Of a DNA stretch of 64,000 nt, positions 13,860-24,269 are shown in pieces (the stretch's first letter is position 1; each line of letters begins with the position of its first letter). The notes below the pieces were generated by a model that was given only the letters and a program-made list of their open reading frames with translations, was not told the DNA's origin and did no database searches. The translations under genes and the position numbers were made by a program. The stretch covers positions 67,210 to 131,209 of the forward strand of contig CASDXP010000003.1 in the NCBI GenBank assembly GCA_949285455.1, given 5' to 3'. The stretch comes from an uncultured bacterium (GTDB lineage Bacteria; Bacillota_I; Bacilli_A; RFN20; CAG-826).

Positions 13860-15968
13860 CTAGTAGACCTCTTTAAATAGATAGGTATCGAATCGCTTGA
13901 CCTTAATTGGTTTTGCTTTTTCTTTAATTTGATAGCGTAATTGTTTTTGATACGATTTAACAATTTTGAAAGATACGGTATACATCAAATCATTGAACAT
14001 CGTGTGATATCTTCTTGATATTGGTCTAATAAACAAGAACGAACTTAAGGAAACGAAACTACCTAATAAAAGCAAGGCAAATAAAGCCGTCCAAGAAGAT
14101 AAATTTAATGTGTAGCAAAGTGTAATGTTAATAATTAGAGCAAGACTTAAAGGAAGAAGAGGTAGTAAAAGGTTATCAAAGAAATATCTTTTCGCTTTCA
14201 TCTTACGATATTTAGAGGAAAAAGCGATGATTAAGAATATAAAACTTACACCTAAAGTCACGATAAAGACACCTAGGAAATTAAAGAAAATGAAATAGCC
14301 TGAAGGCACTCCAACAACAAGTAAACAAAGGTAACAAACAATTGCTCCTAAATTAGCCTTTTGATATTTAGAAAGTCTCGCTAAGGTGTGGATGATATAA
14401 GGCGAGGTAATAGCTAAAATAAAGAAAGAAGCATAAAGATAAATGATTTGAGGAAACATACCCTGATAGTTTAAAAAGATTGGTAAAGTTCCAATTAAAC
14501 TACCTAAAATTGTCATAAATAACAAAGAGAAACAATTAGATATAGCTAAAAGATTGTTCATTGGATTAACGTTAATTTTTGGCTTTAATTCGTGATATTT
14601 TAGTTCATTTACTTCCTCTTTATTACGAGCGTGATAATAAGTTCCAAGAACTGGCACTAAAACGATGAAGTTGATGGCTAAACCTTTGGTTGAAACATCG
14701 AAGAAATAAGTTGATTCAAAAATCGCGTGAACCGTAATAGAAAGGAAGATTATTAAAGATACGGAGGCGAGGCGTTTATTGATCGCGAAGAGACGAATGA
14801 TGACGTAGAAGACGTAAAGATAGAAAATTAAATAAAGCGTAAGCCAAATAATTCCACCTTGACCAAGCACTTCTAAGAAACCATTATGCGCCCACGTCGT
14901 CGCTCTCACTGAGCCATAAGAGAATGATAAAAGATAATTGAAATAACGAATGCCACGTCCAAATATAAGATAGATACTTCCAGAAAGTAAGTCCCCTATT
15001 TTACGCCAAATGGTGACACGCGTATCATCAAATAAACGATGATAAACAAAACTCATCGAATCGTTGAACCATGTTGAGACACTAGGAATTAAGAAATAGC
15101 AAGTGACGAAAGTAACGATACCAACAACAAGTAAGGAAGAGATAATTGATAAGATGATAATGTTTCTTTTTAAAGTTTTCTTAGTGAAAGAAGTGAAGAA
15201 AATAGCGACGTAAAAAAGAAGATAGAATGCTATTCCTATGATGACACAAAGTTGGCTAGAAGAAGCAAAAGCAAAAAAGAGCATGATAGGGAAGAAGAAA
15301 TGATAATAGAAACGATGTCTTTGCGTGTATAAGTAAGCGACGATGAACATTCCCATCAAGGAAAATAAACCGAAGACATTCACGTTAGTGAAAAATGATC
15401 CAGCGGATATACTATTGATAGAAAAACCATTTTGGAAAGCAGTCGCATATTTATCAAATTCGACGATGAGAGAATAAGCGTAAGAAAAGAATAGGAAAAT
15501 TAAGAAAATGACAAAGAAATATCTCAGTTGTCTTAAAGAATAAAATTTCCTCGGCACTAAAACCATGAATAGGTAGACACATAAAGCGGTTAAAAGAATG
15601 TAAATGAGAGCTTCAAATTGGTCGTAATGCGTATGAGTAATTAAAACTTCGACATAAGTTCCATCAGTCAAACCAAGTCTTACCACATCACGAAGTGGGG
15701 TAACGAAGATAGCGACGATATTTGAAATGATAAGTAAAGAAATGACACTTATGATGAGAAAAGAAGGTTTTAAATTTCGATTCTTTCGCTCTAAGAAAAA
15801 ATAGACGATAAGCATGATGACGATAGAAGCAAAAAATAACATATGTTCAACGTTACCAATTTTGCTCGAATAATCGGTAGCGAAAAGAGCGACCGCTTCA
15901 CCGAAATAAGCGATGAAGATAAGTATTAAATACATTAATGCGTTCGTGACAACCATTTTTTTATTCAT
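13860..15968 (-). CDS. Polytopic membrane protein with O-antigen ligase/Wzy_C-like region
   Basis: Many TM helices; R..IW...GRG...AHNGFLEVL..GG motif typical of Wzy_C/WaaL; extra C-terminal TM block. Confidence 0.65.
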   Translation of the reverse strand: MNKKMVVTNALMYLILIFIAYFGEAVALFATDYSSKIGNVEHMLFFASIVIMLIVYFFLERKNRNLKPSFLIISVISLLIISNIVAIFVTPLRDVVRLGLTDGTYVEVLITHTHYDQFEALIYILLTALCVYLFMVLVPRKFYSLRQLRYFFVIFLIFLFFSYAYSLIVEFDKYATAFQNGFSINSISAGSFFTNVNVFGLFSLMGMFIVAYLYTQRHRFYYHFFFPIMLFFAFASSSQLCVIIGIAFYLLFYVAIFFTSFTKKTLKRNIIILSIISSLLVVGIVTFVTCYFLIPSVSTWFNDSMSFVYHRLFDDTRVTIWRKIGDLLSGSIYLIFGRGIRYFNYLLSFSYGSVRATTWAHNGFLEVLGQGGIIWLTLYLIFYLYVFYVIIRLFAINKRLASVSLIIFLSITVHAIFESTYFFDVSTKGLAINFIVLVPVLGTYYHARNKEEVNELKYHELKPKINVNPMNNLLAISNCFSLLFMTILGSLIGTLPIFLNYQGMFPQIIYLYASFFILAITSPYIIHTLARLSKYQKANLGAIVCYLCLLVVGVPSGYFIFFNFLGVFIVTLGVSFIFLIIAFSSKYRKMKAKRYFFDNLLLPLLPLSLALIINITLCYTLNLSSWTALFALLLLGSFVSLSSFLFIRPISRRYHTMFNDLMYTVSFKIVKSYQKQLRYQIKEKAKPIKVKRFDTYLFKEVY

Positions 15969-15983
15969 GCATTTATTATAGAC

Positions 15984-16012
15984 AAAAAAACAACGCTATG
16001 GCATTGTTTTTT
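15984..16012 (-). terminator. Intrinsic terminator after the alpha/beta hydrolase
   Basis: Minus strand AACAATGC-CATA-GCGTTGTT followed by a T-run. Confidence 0.65.
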
Positions 16013-16040
16013 CTTGTTAATAAATAAATTATTTAATTTT

Positions 16041-16994
16041 TTACATAGAACGGTCTTGTTTATCGACCTTCTTGACATCTTCTTTAATATCGCCAACTAA
16101 GAAATTTAAGATATCATTGTAGACGACTTCTTTATTGGTCTCATTAAGAATTTCATGACGCATATTAGGATAGATAATTGATGTCACATCATTCAAACCA
16201 AGTTTCTTATACATCTTATCTAATTTCATGACGCGTTTAGAATAACCACCGATAGGATCTTCCGCGCCAGAGACGATGAGAATAGACATATCTTTACGAA
16301 TCTTTTTAAGGAAACGTCTTTTCCAAAGACGAGATAAGCCCTTTAAGAATTCACGATAGAAGCCATGAGAATAAATACCGCCACAAAGAGGATTAATCAT
16401 GTAATTTTCGTTATTAGCCTCGTTTGTAGAAAGCCAATCAGCTTCACATTTTAAAGGTTTAGGACAGCGTTTGTTGACTTTACCGAGGACGAGTTTATCT
16501 AAGAATTTAGAAGGTTTATTAACATTTTTCTTCGTCGTAATAAGTCTAGCTAAACGATAGGCTAATGAAGCGCCAAAAATTTTAGCCGAACCAACGATGA
16601 CGACACGTGAAATATGCTTGGTGTAACGTTGGATATAATCTTGAACGACAAATGAACCCATACTATGACCAAGAATATAAGTTGGTAAGCAAGATAAACG
16701 AAGTTTAGCTACCAATTCATCTAAAATATTGACAAATTTTCTAAAACCTGATTTAGGCCAAATACCTAAGCATTCCTTATTCTCGATAACATTTTCACCT
16801 TGACCAAAATGGTCGATACAATAAACGTTCAATTTATTCTCGTTTAAAAATTTGGCAAAATCATCATAGCGACTTGATGTTTCTTTCATTCCTGTGACGA
16901 TGATGACATTAGCGATGGGATCTTTGATAGTCCAAGCATTTCCAAAAAGTATCTCATCTGTTTTTGAATTTAAACTAATACGTTCTCTACTCAT
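16041..16994 (-). CDS. Alpha/beta hydrolase (lysophospholipase/Hydrolase_4-like)
   Basis: GHSMGS nucleophile elbow, SGAEDP acid, MRHEILNE histidine. Confidence 0.9.
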   Translation of the reverse strand: MSRERISLNSKTDEILFGNAWTIKDPIANVIIVTGMKETSSRYDDFAKFLNENKLNVYCIDHFGQGENVIENKECLGIWPKSGFRKFVNILDELVAKLRLSCLPTYILGHSMGSFVVQDYIQRYTKHISRVVIVGSAKIFGASLAYRLARLITTKKNVNKPSKFLDKLVLGKVNKRCPKPLKCEADWLSTNEANNENYMINPLCGGIYSHGFYREFLKGLSRLWKRRFLKKIRKDMSILIVSGAEDPIGGYSKRVMKLDKMYKKLGLNDVTSIIYPNMRHEILNETNKEVVYNDILNFLVGDIKEDVKKVDKQDRSM

Positions 16995-17024
16995 GTTATA
17001 AAACCTCGTACGTCAAACATTATA

Positions 17025-17441
17025 TCAAATAAGCCCTAACTTTGTTAGAATTTTTTCACTACCTAAATAATAGTTATCTATTTTTCCTCCTTTTATTTCT
17101 AACATAGATGGCGTTCCAATTAGATAAATGTTCTTTACATCATCCACACCTAAAATAGTTGTTTGATCAAAATTTTCCTCAGGTGGAACAAGTTCATGCG
17201 AGTACAGCAAAAAATAAAAATTTTCATCATTTAAACTATAAGATATTATTTCTTGTTTTATCGAATCACAAACGTAGCATCCCCCGGAATAAACGTAGAT
17301 AAAATAATGGGAATTTGTTGGAAAAAAGATATTTTCATACGTTAAATGCTTAGAGTTTACGTCTTGATAAGAATAAACTTTGGGTGAGCCTTGACAGGCT
17401 ATAAGAAAGAGGGTTAAAAAAATACAAACAAATTTTTTCAT
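17025..17441 (-). CDS. Thioredoxin-fold lipoprotein
   Basis: Lipobox LIAC, CYVC redox motif, cis-Pro loop GTPS. Confidence 0.75.
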   Translation of the reverse strand: MKKFVCIFLTLFLIACQGSPKVYSYQDVNSKHLTYENIFFPTNSHYFIYVYSGGCYVCDSIKQEIISYSLNDENFYFLLYSHELVPPEENFDQTTILGVDDVKNIYLIGTPSMLEIKGGKIDNYYLGSEKILTKLGLI

Positions 17442-17501
17442 TACATTAATTAATACACGTTTTTTTAATGAAATGAGTTCATCTTATGATAAGATTTAAA
17501 C

Positions 17502-18434
17502 ATGACTATTAAAGAAAGAAAGACGATTGTTGAAAATTTAACATTGATGGCTATTATGGGAGCAATCAATGCTTTGTTTTCTTTATTCGCAACTTGGCTT
17601 CCAGTTATCTCTTTATTTTTAGTGATAATCTTACCATTCACTAGCGTCATCATCGCCCTATATTGTAAGCCGAGGTATTTTCTTATCTATATCGTTGCCA
17701 CTATAGGTGTAAGTTTGCTTATTACAATGTATAACATGCAATATACAATCTTTTATCTCATTCCAGCCATTTTTACTGGTTTAGCCTTTGGCTATCTTGT
17801 AAGAATTAAACTTCATAGCGCTATTATTTTATTTCTCACAGCAGTCTTACAATTCTTATTAAGTTATGCGATGATTCCTTTAATTGATGCGATATATGAG
17901 ACGAGTTTAGTCTCACAATTTTTAACACTTTTCAATTTAGCAGATAAACCATTTATTTACGTTATTGTCCCTGCTTTTATTTTCATCATCGCCTTCGCTC
18001 AAACTGCGTTTTCTTACATTGCTATTAGCACCGAGATTAAGAAATTTAATTTTGCTTTGATAACTAGTCCGTTAAAAACATATATTTCAGATACATTAAC
18101 GCTCTTATTTTTAATTCTTACTTTAAGTTTTGCTTTCTTTTGTAGTGAAGCTAGTTATATATTCCTTATTTGTTCTTTATACTTCATTTCTTTGACTTTA
18201 TTCAGCTTATTTAAAGAAAAGAAACTTTGGATTTATTTATCATTAGGTGGAGCGTTTTTCCTCTTCATCGTCTTATTTGCCTTGTTTTACGAAATGATTG
18301 CTCCCCCTAATCAACTTTTGACTATTAGTGTCTTACCCTTACTTTTCATTTTAGTCGATGTAATTAATATATTATTAATGCATTTTTCAAGTAGACGTAA
18401 GATAATAAGTGAAGGAGACATAAACGATGATTAG
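17502..18434 (+). CDS. Polytopic membrane protein (DUF2232/YybS-like)
   Basis: About 9-10 TM helices; N-terminus resembles DUF2232. Family assignment tentative. Confidence 0.55.
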   Translation: MTIKERKTIVENLTLMAIMGAINALFSLFATWLPVISLFLVIILPFTSVIIALYCKPRYFLIYIVATIGVSLLITMYNMQYTIFYLIPAIFTGLAFGYLVRIKLHSAIILFLTAVLQFLLSYAMIPLIDAIYETSLVSQFLTLFNLADKPFIYVIVPAFIFIIAFAQTAFSYIAISTEIKKFNFALITSPLKTYISDTLTLLFLILTLSFAFFCSEASYIFLICSLYFISLTLFSLFKEKKLWIYLSLGGAFFLFIVLFALFYEMIAPPNQLLTISVLPLLFILVDVINILLMHFSSRRKIISEGDINDD

Positions 18435-18951
18435 CTTTTTTAAATCATTAGGAAGAGGCATTCTTTACGTCGTAGGACTACCTTTTTTACTAGCCTTCGT
18501 TGCAATTTATGCAGTATTTTCATTTTTTATCATCGTTTTCATGTTCTTCAAAGCGGTAGTGTTATTCTTTATGGGCAGATCATTATTCGATGAATTAGAA
18601 GAAGATAAAAAAGCTAAAGAAGTACTAGCGAACATCGCGAATAGAAATCAAGTTGTTGCTCCAAATTACGTCAATAACGGGCCTGTGAATCAAAGTATGC
18701 CTCAAACGAATAATTACCAACCTCAAAACAATTATGTTTCACAAAATAATATCACTCCACCAAATCCACAAAATGAACAAAATAATCAAACGCAAAATTA
18801 TCTAGACGAACAGCCACAAGTTGATCATTCTTATCACTCTAATGAATTCGATAATCCTTTAGAGAATAATAATAATGAAACTATTCAAAACTATGAAAGC
18901 GACGCGTCCACTACTATTGATATAAAGGCAGGTGAAGATGAAGATGAATAA
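18427..18951 (+). CDS. Hypothetical membrane-anchored protein with N/Q-rich tail
   Basis: Hydrophobic N-terminus, low-complexity N/Q/P region, SD AAGGAG upstream. Confidence 0.75.
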   Translation: MISFFKSLGRGILYVVGLPFLLAFVAIYAVFSFFIIVFMFFKAVVLFFMGRSLFDELEEDKKAKEVLANIANRNQVVAPNYVNNGPVNQSMPQTNNYQPQNNYVSQNNITPPNPQNEQNNQTQNYLDEQPQVDHSYHSNEFDNPLENNNNETIQNYESDASTTIDIKAGEDEDE

Positions 18952-19636
18952 TTTTATATCTCTCATTGCCTTAAGTGAAAACGATAAGCGCATTATCATC
19001 GCCCTTGTCATCGTTTTCGTCTTGCTTTTTGTTCTCATTGGTCTAATTGGAATGCTCGTAACGAAAATTATGAAACAGCAAGGCAAAGCAATCGATAGAC
19101 TAATGCACGATATTGTCGTCACCGGTGTTGTATCAGATAAAAAACATTTTAAGAAAGTTGCTAAAAAGAAAAGTTGGAGATATTTATACAAACAAGCACG
19201 TGTTCCAATTATTATCGCTCTTATTGCAACTGTATTCTTATTAATATATTATCTCGCAAGCGGAAATTGGAATGCGAATATCTTTGGCGACTGGGGCGCT
19301 CCAAATGGCGAAGGTGGAAAAGGTTTTGCCACTTTACTCTTCCTTTGGGATTTTGAAAATTGTCCTACAACTCAAATTTTTGGTATTACTGTCATCTCAG
19401 ATTGGCCAGCTTTACTTAATACACCACACTTTTCAATCGATGCTTGGGGTAGTTACATTTTTGTTCCATTAATTATTACTTCTATCGTTTGGTTTTTCAT
19501 CGTCGTTCAAGCCTTTATTGCAAGATCATTTAGAATACGCAAACTCGCATCGCAAATTTATGATAAATCACTAGATGATTACAACCAAACAAAAGCCTTA
19601 TTAGGCGATAACAATAGCAATATAAATAATCATTAA
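18932..19636 (+). CDS. Hypothetical membrane protein
   Basis: Three TM segments; overlaps the preceding gene. True start is probably the ATG at 18938 or 18944. Confidence 0.75.
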   Translation: MKMKMNNFISLIALSENDKRIIIALVIVFVLLFVLIGLIGMLVTKIMKQQGKAIDRLMHDIVVTGVVSDKKHFKKVAKKKSWRYLYKQARVPIIIALIATVFLLIYYLASGNWNANIFGDWGAPNGEGGKGFATLLFLWDFENCPTTQIFGITVISDWPALLNTPHFSIDAWGSYIFVPLIITSIVWFFIVVQAFIARSFRIRKLASQIYDKSLDDYNQTKALLGDNNSNINNH

Positions 19637-19765
19637 TTAGATGTTAGAAAACATTAAATATAATTGGTAGGCTAAATAGCCAATTAAAGCAATATTTAAA
19701 AATGCTAAAACCATGAAGATACGAAATCGTGACTTATTTTTTCTTTCGATTTCTTTCGGATCCAT
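19637..19765 (-). CDS. Small (42 aa) single-pass membrane protein
   Basis: Not in the track. MDPKEIERKNKSRFRIFMVLAFLNIALIGYLAYQLYLMFSNI*; ATG 3 nt after the asnS stop; fills the gap exactly. Confidence 0.65.
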   Translation of the reverse strand: MDPKEIERKNKSRFRIFMVLAFLNIALIGYLAYQLYLMFSNI

Positions 19766-19768
19766 ACA

Positions 19769-21157
19769 CTAATATTTTACCTGATTCGCGGTCCTTGGGT
19801 AAAGTTGAACATCGCGAATATTTGATAAGCCAGTAAGTAACATTAAGAAACGATCAAAACCGATACCAAATCCGCTATGGACACAACCTCCAAACTTACG
19901 CGTGTTTAAATACCAAAGCGCTGAATCATCCTTTAAAAGATGGCATTCTTCCATTCTTTTCTTCAATAAATCATAATTTTCTTCTCTTTGGGAACCGCCG
20001 ATTAGTTCGCCAATTTCAGGAACGAGTAAGTCATATGCTGCGACTGTTTTTCCGTCTGGATTTTGTTTCATATAGAAAGCTTTTGCTTCCTTGGGATAAT
20101 CGATAATCCAAGTTGGACCTTTGACGATAGTTTCAGTAATATAACGTTCGTGTTCGCTTTGTAAATCCATGCCCCAATAGATGTGACGATTATCGAAATG
20201 ATGACCTTCTTCAACTGCTTTTTTAAGTATTTCGACTGCATCAGTGTAAGTCACTACTCGCCATTTATTTTCTAAAATTTGATGGAGGCGATTTAAAAGT
20301 CCTTTATCGACGAAAGCATTGAAAAAATTAAGTTCATCTTTACAGTGGATAAGCAAATCTTCAATGCAGTAACGAAGTAATGATTCAACAATTTTTAAAG
20401 CCCCATGAATGTCACAAAACGCCATCTCAGGTTCGATCATCCAAAATTCCGAAGCATGTCTTGGAGTGTTAGAATTTTCAGCCCTAAAGGTTGGACCAAA
20501 AGTATAGACATTTCTTAACGCTAGAGCGAACGGTTCAACGTGAAGCTGACCAGAAACTGTAAGATGTACTGGTCGATCGAAAAATGGCTTACCATCTTCT
20601 TTTTTAGCATTGACATCGAAAACTTGTCCTGCCCCTTCTGAATCGATACCCGTAATAATTGGGGTATGAATGTAATAGAAGTTATTTTCATTGAACCACG
20701 AATGCATAGCGAAAGATAATCTACTGCGGACTCTTGCAAGAGCATAAAACGTATTCGTACGCGGTCTAAGATAAGCTATATCTCTTAAAAATTCGAAAGT
20801 ATGTCTTTTCTTTTGTAAAGGATAATCTTCACTGACCCCACCAAGAAGAACAATATTATCTACATGAATTTCAAAGGGTTGTTTATTTTCAGGTGTCAAA
20901 ACAATTTTTCCATCGATAGAAACTGCTGAACCAGTTAAAAGATGCGTATAGGTATCGAAGGATGTAACATTATCTTTTGAATAAACGAGTTGAACATTTA
21001 AAAAAGTTGTGCCATCACTTAATTCGATGAAACCAATCGAACCATTATTGCGATTAGTTCTCACCCAACCTTTTAAATTCACTAATTTTCCATCTTCAAG
21101 ACAATTATTATTAAAATCTTTAAATAAGTCTTTCAAAATTGTTTCAACATAGCTCAT
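19769..21157 (-). CDS. asnS: Asparagine--tRNA ligase
   Basis: OB-fold GWVRTNR, LTVSGQLH, FRAENSNT.RH, GELIGGSQRE, HSGFGIGFDR. Confidence 0.97.
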   Translation of the reverse strand: MSYVETILKDLFKDFNNNCLEDGKLVNLKGWVRTNRNNGSIGFIELSDGTTFLNVQLVYSKDNVTSFDTYTHLLTGSAVSIDGKIVLTPENKQPFEIHVDNIVLLGGVSEDYPLQKKRHTFEFLRDIAYLRPRTNTFYALARVRSRLSFAMHSWFNENNFYYIHTPIITGIDSEGAGQVFDVNAKKEDGKPFFDRPVHLTVSGQLHVEPFALALRNVYTFGPTFRAENSNTPRHASEFWMIEPEMAFCDIHGALKIVESLLRYCIEDLLIHCKDELNFFNAFVDKGLLNRLHQILENKWRVVTYTDAVEILKKAVEEGHHFDNRHIYWGMDLQSEHERYITETIVKGPTWIIDYPKEAKAFYMKQNPDGKTVAAYDLLVPEIGELIGGSQREENYDLLKKRMEECHLLKDDSALWYLNTRKFGGCVHSGFGIGFDRFLMLLTGLSNIRDVQLYPRTANQVKY

Positions 21158-21202
21158 AAATATTACTCCTTCGTCATTTTACTTTATTAAGTTTAACATG
21201 TT

Positions 21203-22657
21203 TTAAAACTTGTTAAAATCAGTAATTTCCCAGTTGGGATCAACACCTATGTCAAGTGGAGCGAAAATGTTTCGAGCGTAGAGATGATGAGCATTTCTTG
21301 CTATCATCGCCGCGTTATCGCCACACAAACTTAAAGGTGGAAAAAATAATTCAATATTCGAATTATCATATTTATTTTTAAGTATTTCTTTGAGTCTAGA
21401 ATTAGCAGAAACTCCACCAGCGACAAGAATTTGTTTAACTTGATATACATCCGCAACTTGATAGACCTTATCTACAAGTTCTTTTAACGCCACTTCTTGA
21501 AATGAACAAGCTAGGTCAGCTTTATTTATTTCTTCACCTTTCATTTTTAATGAATTAACTATGTTAATAATATGAGTTTTCAATCCGCTAAAAGAGACAT
21601 CATAACGAGATGATGCATGTGGAATAGGAAGATGATAAGTTGGCTTTCCTAACTTAGCGAGACGATCAATTTCAACTCCGCCTGGATAAGGTAGTCCTAA
21701 TACTCTTGCCACTTTGTCATAACATTCACCTATCGCATCATCGACTGTTCTACCCACTATGTCATAATTTAGATGATCATACATAATAATAAGTTCAGTA
21801 TTACCGCCACTGACGACGACAGCAAGAAGAGGAAATTTTAATTCTGCAACATATTCGTTCGCATAGATATGTCCAGCGAGATGATGAACTGGAATGAGAG
21901 GTTTATGGTAAATAAACGCTAAGGTTTTAGCAACTTCCATTCCTACATGCAACGCCCCTACTAAACCAGGACCGCGGGTAAAAGCAAAGGCATCAATTTC
22001 TTCTAACATGACACTAGCCTCTTTTAAAGCTGTATCTAAAACGTAAAGAACATTTTCGATGTGAAGTCTAGAAGCAAGTTCAGGCATGACTCCTCCAAAC
22101 TGACGATGTCTTTCAATTTGAGAAGAGATGACATTAGATAAAATTTTTCTATTGCGTGTAATCGATATTGAAGTTTCATCACAGCTACTTTCAATAGCGA
22201 GTATCAAAGGAGAGGATTCAATATTTTTGACAAGATAAATCGCATCTTCACCATCCGCATAATATTTCTCTTTAATATTAATTTCTTTAAACCCTTCTTT
22301 AATATACAGGTTTTTTGCGGCGATATTAGATCTTCTTACTTCTAACGCTATCGTCTTAACCCCTTCATCTTTAAGCGTCTCATACATCCTTTTTAATAAG
22401 TGGGAAGCAACATTATTTCTACGATATTTATTGCTAACATAGATGATAGCGATCGTCGAAGAATCAAATGTGATCCAATAATCTAAAATCGCTATAGGGG
22501 TAGCTTGAAAAAATGCAAGCTCAACATGCGCAAAAACATTTTTTTCGATATCGTTCATAATGGCAGAAGGAGTGTAATCTAAAGATGAGGCAAGTTCATA
22601 GATAACCTCTTCATCTTCTAGCGTGGCTTTTTTAAATTTAATTTCGTCTATCATCAT
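21203..22657 (-). CDS. tsaD: RimI-like GNAT acetyltransferase fused to t6A37 transferase TsaD
   Basis: N-terminal LEVRRSN..A..LY...GF...YY.DGEDA (RimI); then ILAIESSCDET, HHLAGH, DDAIGE, GGVSAN, DNAAMI (TsaD). Confidence 0.93.
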   Translation of the reverse strand: MMIDEIKFKKATLEDEEVIYELASSLDYTPSAIMNDIEKNVFAHVELAFFQATPIAILDYWITFDSSTIAIIYVSNKYRRNNVASHLLKRMYETLKDEGVKTIALEVRRSNIAAKNLYIKEGFKEINIKEKYYADGEDAIYLVKNIESSPLILAIESSCDETSISITRNRKILSNVISSQIERHRQFGGVMPELASRLHIENVLYVLDTALKEASVMLEEIDAFAFTRGPGLVGALHVGMEVAKTLAFIYHKPLIPVHHLAGHIYANEYVAELKFPLLAVVVSGGNTELIIMYDHLNYDIVGRTVDDAIGECYDKVARVLGLPYPGGVEIDRLAKLGKPTYHLPIPHASSRYDVSFSGLKTHIINIVNSLKMKGEEINKADLACSFQEVALKELVDKVYQVADVYQVKQILVAGGVSANSRLKEILKNKYDNSNIELFFPPLSLCGDNAAMIARNAHHLYARNIFAPLDIGVDPNWEITDFNKF

Positions 22658-23253
22658 AAGTCTTTAAGATAAATTGGCTTCAAGCCTTTAATATTATTAA
22701 CTCTTTCTTGACTAGTGGCATAACGTAAAAATGATTTTGCGTCCACCTCACTACTAGTGTCAATTCCAAGATGTTTTAAATCGCCGCATAAAGTAAAATT
22801 AGGATGTTCTTCAATAAATTTTAAAGCGAACTCATTACTAACAATTTGTGAATTCATCAAAACTATTAAACCATCGTAACAAGCGAAATAAGAACGACCA
22901 CTTCTAGCGTTAAAGATGACGATGGAAGGTTCGAAAAACTTTGCGTATCCCATAAGTGAATCTAAGGCAAATAGCTCTAAATTTAAAGCGAAAGCGACTG
23001 TTTTGGCGACGGACATAGCAATTCTAATTCCTGTAAAAGAACCTGGGCCAATACCTACGCCAATGAAAGATAAATCTTTCACCATCACCTTATTTTCGCT
23101 GAGTAACGATTTAATTTCAGGCACTAACATTTCAGCTTGCTTACGAGGAAATGTAAGATTTTTAGATGCTAAAATTTCATTATTTTTTGCTAGAGCAATA
23201 AACATCTTGATGTTGGAGGTGTCGAGTAATAAGCCATATCTATCGTTGGACAT
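22654..23253 (-). CDS. tsaB: tRNA threonylcarbamoyladenosine biosynthesis protein TsaB
   Basis: LDTS, GPGSFTGIRI, ends PIYL; lies between tsaE and tsaD. Confidence 0.92.
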   Translation of the reverse strand: MSNDRYGLLLDTSNIKMFIALAKNNEILASKNLTFPRKQAEMLVPEIKSLLSENKVMVKDLSFIGVGIGPGSFTGIRIAMSVAKTVAFALNLELFALDSLMGYAKFFEPSIVIFNARSGRSYFACYDGLIVLMNSQIVSNEFALKFIEEHPNFTLCGDLKHLGIDTSSEVDAKSFLRYATSQERVNNIKGLKPIYLKDL

Positions 23254-23719
23254 TTTTCAATTCCTCCAAGGCGTGAAAAAATAAGGAAAACATATTATTT
23301 TCACTAGTGAAACTCAACATTCTTTCATTTCCTCTTAAGATACGAATATCAATTGTTAAGGATGGGCGAACTAACAAAGCTTTATCTAAGTAAATTGGCC
23401 ATTCAATCAAAGTGACATCTTCGCTTTCAATTAATTCATCTAAACCAATATCTTCATTTTTATCTTCCAATCGATATGCATCGATGTGATTATAAAATAA
23501 GCCATTAATTTCGTAAGTTTTAACTATGTTAAAAGTTGGGCTAGTGACTTTTCCTTGATAGCCTAAAGATTTAAGAAAATACCTCACAAAAGTCGTCTTA
23601 CCTGCGCCAAGATCACCATTTAATAATATTAAAGCATCGCGCTTCACGTAGGTGGAAAGAAGCATAGCGATTTTTTCTAAAGTTTTTTCATCATCTATAT
23701 GCAATTCAATTTTAGCCAT
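23240..23719 (-). CDS. tsaE: t6A37 ATPase TsaE
   Basis: GDLGAGKTT, VTSPTF, HIDAYRL, IEWP. Confidence 0.95.
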   Translation of the reverse strand: MAKIELHIDDEKTLEKIAMLLSTYVKRDALILLNGDLGAGKTTFVRYFLKSLGYQGKVTSPTFNIVKTYEINGLFYNHIDAYRLEDKNEDIGLDELIESEDVTLIEWPIYLDKALLVRPSLTIDIRILRGNERMLSFTSENNMFSLFFHALEELKNVQR

Positions 23720-24248
23720 TAGATGATTCCTCTTTATTAGCTAAAAATTCATCGTACAATTTTCTAACTTTTTCATCGTTAAATGGAAATAGTTGATTCT
23801 CCATTAAATAAATAATTTTTTTACGTGTTATCATTAAAGCTTCGCAAAGTTTTTCTGAATAATTGTATCTCTTCTTGTTAATTTTAAATTCCTTCTCATC
23901 GAGTAGTTTTATTTTTTGGATATGCTTATTCGTTTTGACATCTAAATCGTAATCGATATAAAAAATGACATCCCCTTCTTTCAAGGCAGGTGAAGCAAGA
24001 TTGCAATAATAATTTATATCGTCTTGGCGAAACATGACGATGACATTATAAAATTCATGTTTCATCAAAATCTTTAAAGAAGCTTCGTTCATGAGCCAAC
24101 GTCGATAATTGTTTTCGATAATATGATCTTTACTCGAAGCAAGGATGAACATATCATCATCTTCATAAATCAAACAATCATCTATCCACGCACGATGGAA
24201 AGAATTATCTTGTTTATAAGCTTGTAACTGCACACGTTCACATTTCAA
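23712..24248 (-). CDS. DUF402 nucleoside tri/diphosphate phosphatase (YgaC/Ntdp-like)
   Basis: YKQD..FHRAW, YYCNLASP, YIDYDLDV, LLDEKEF; TTG start. Confidence 0.85.
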   Translation of the reverse strand: MKCERVQLQAYKQDNSFHRAWIDDCLIYEDDDMFILASSKDHIIENNYRRWLMNEASLKILMKHEFYNVIVMFRQDDINYYCNLASPALKEGDVIFYIDYDLDVKTNKHIQKIKLLDEKEFKINKKRYNYSEKLCEALMITRKKIIYLMENQLFPFNDEKVRKLYDEFLANKEESSNG

Positions 24249-24269
24249 GAGAATTGACCAGTCCTTTTA

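Noticed and set aside
21158..21202. T-box leader for asnS
   Set aside because: The spacer is only 45 nt; it has a -10 box and SD but no T-box motif.
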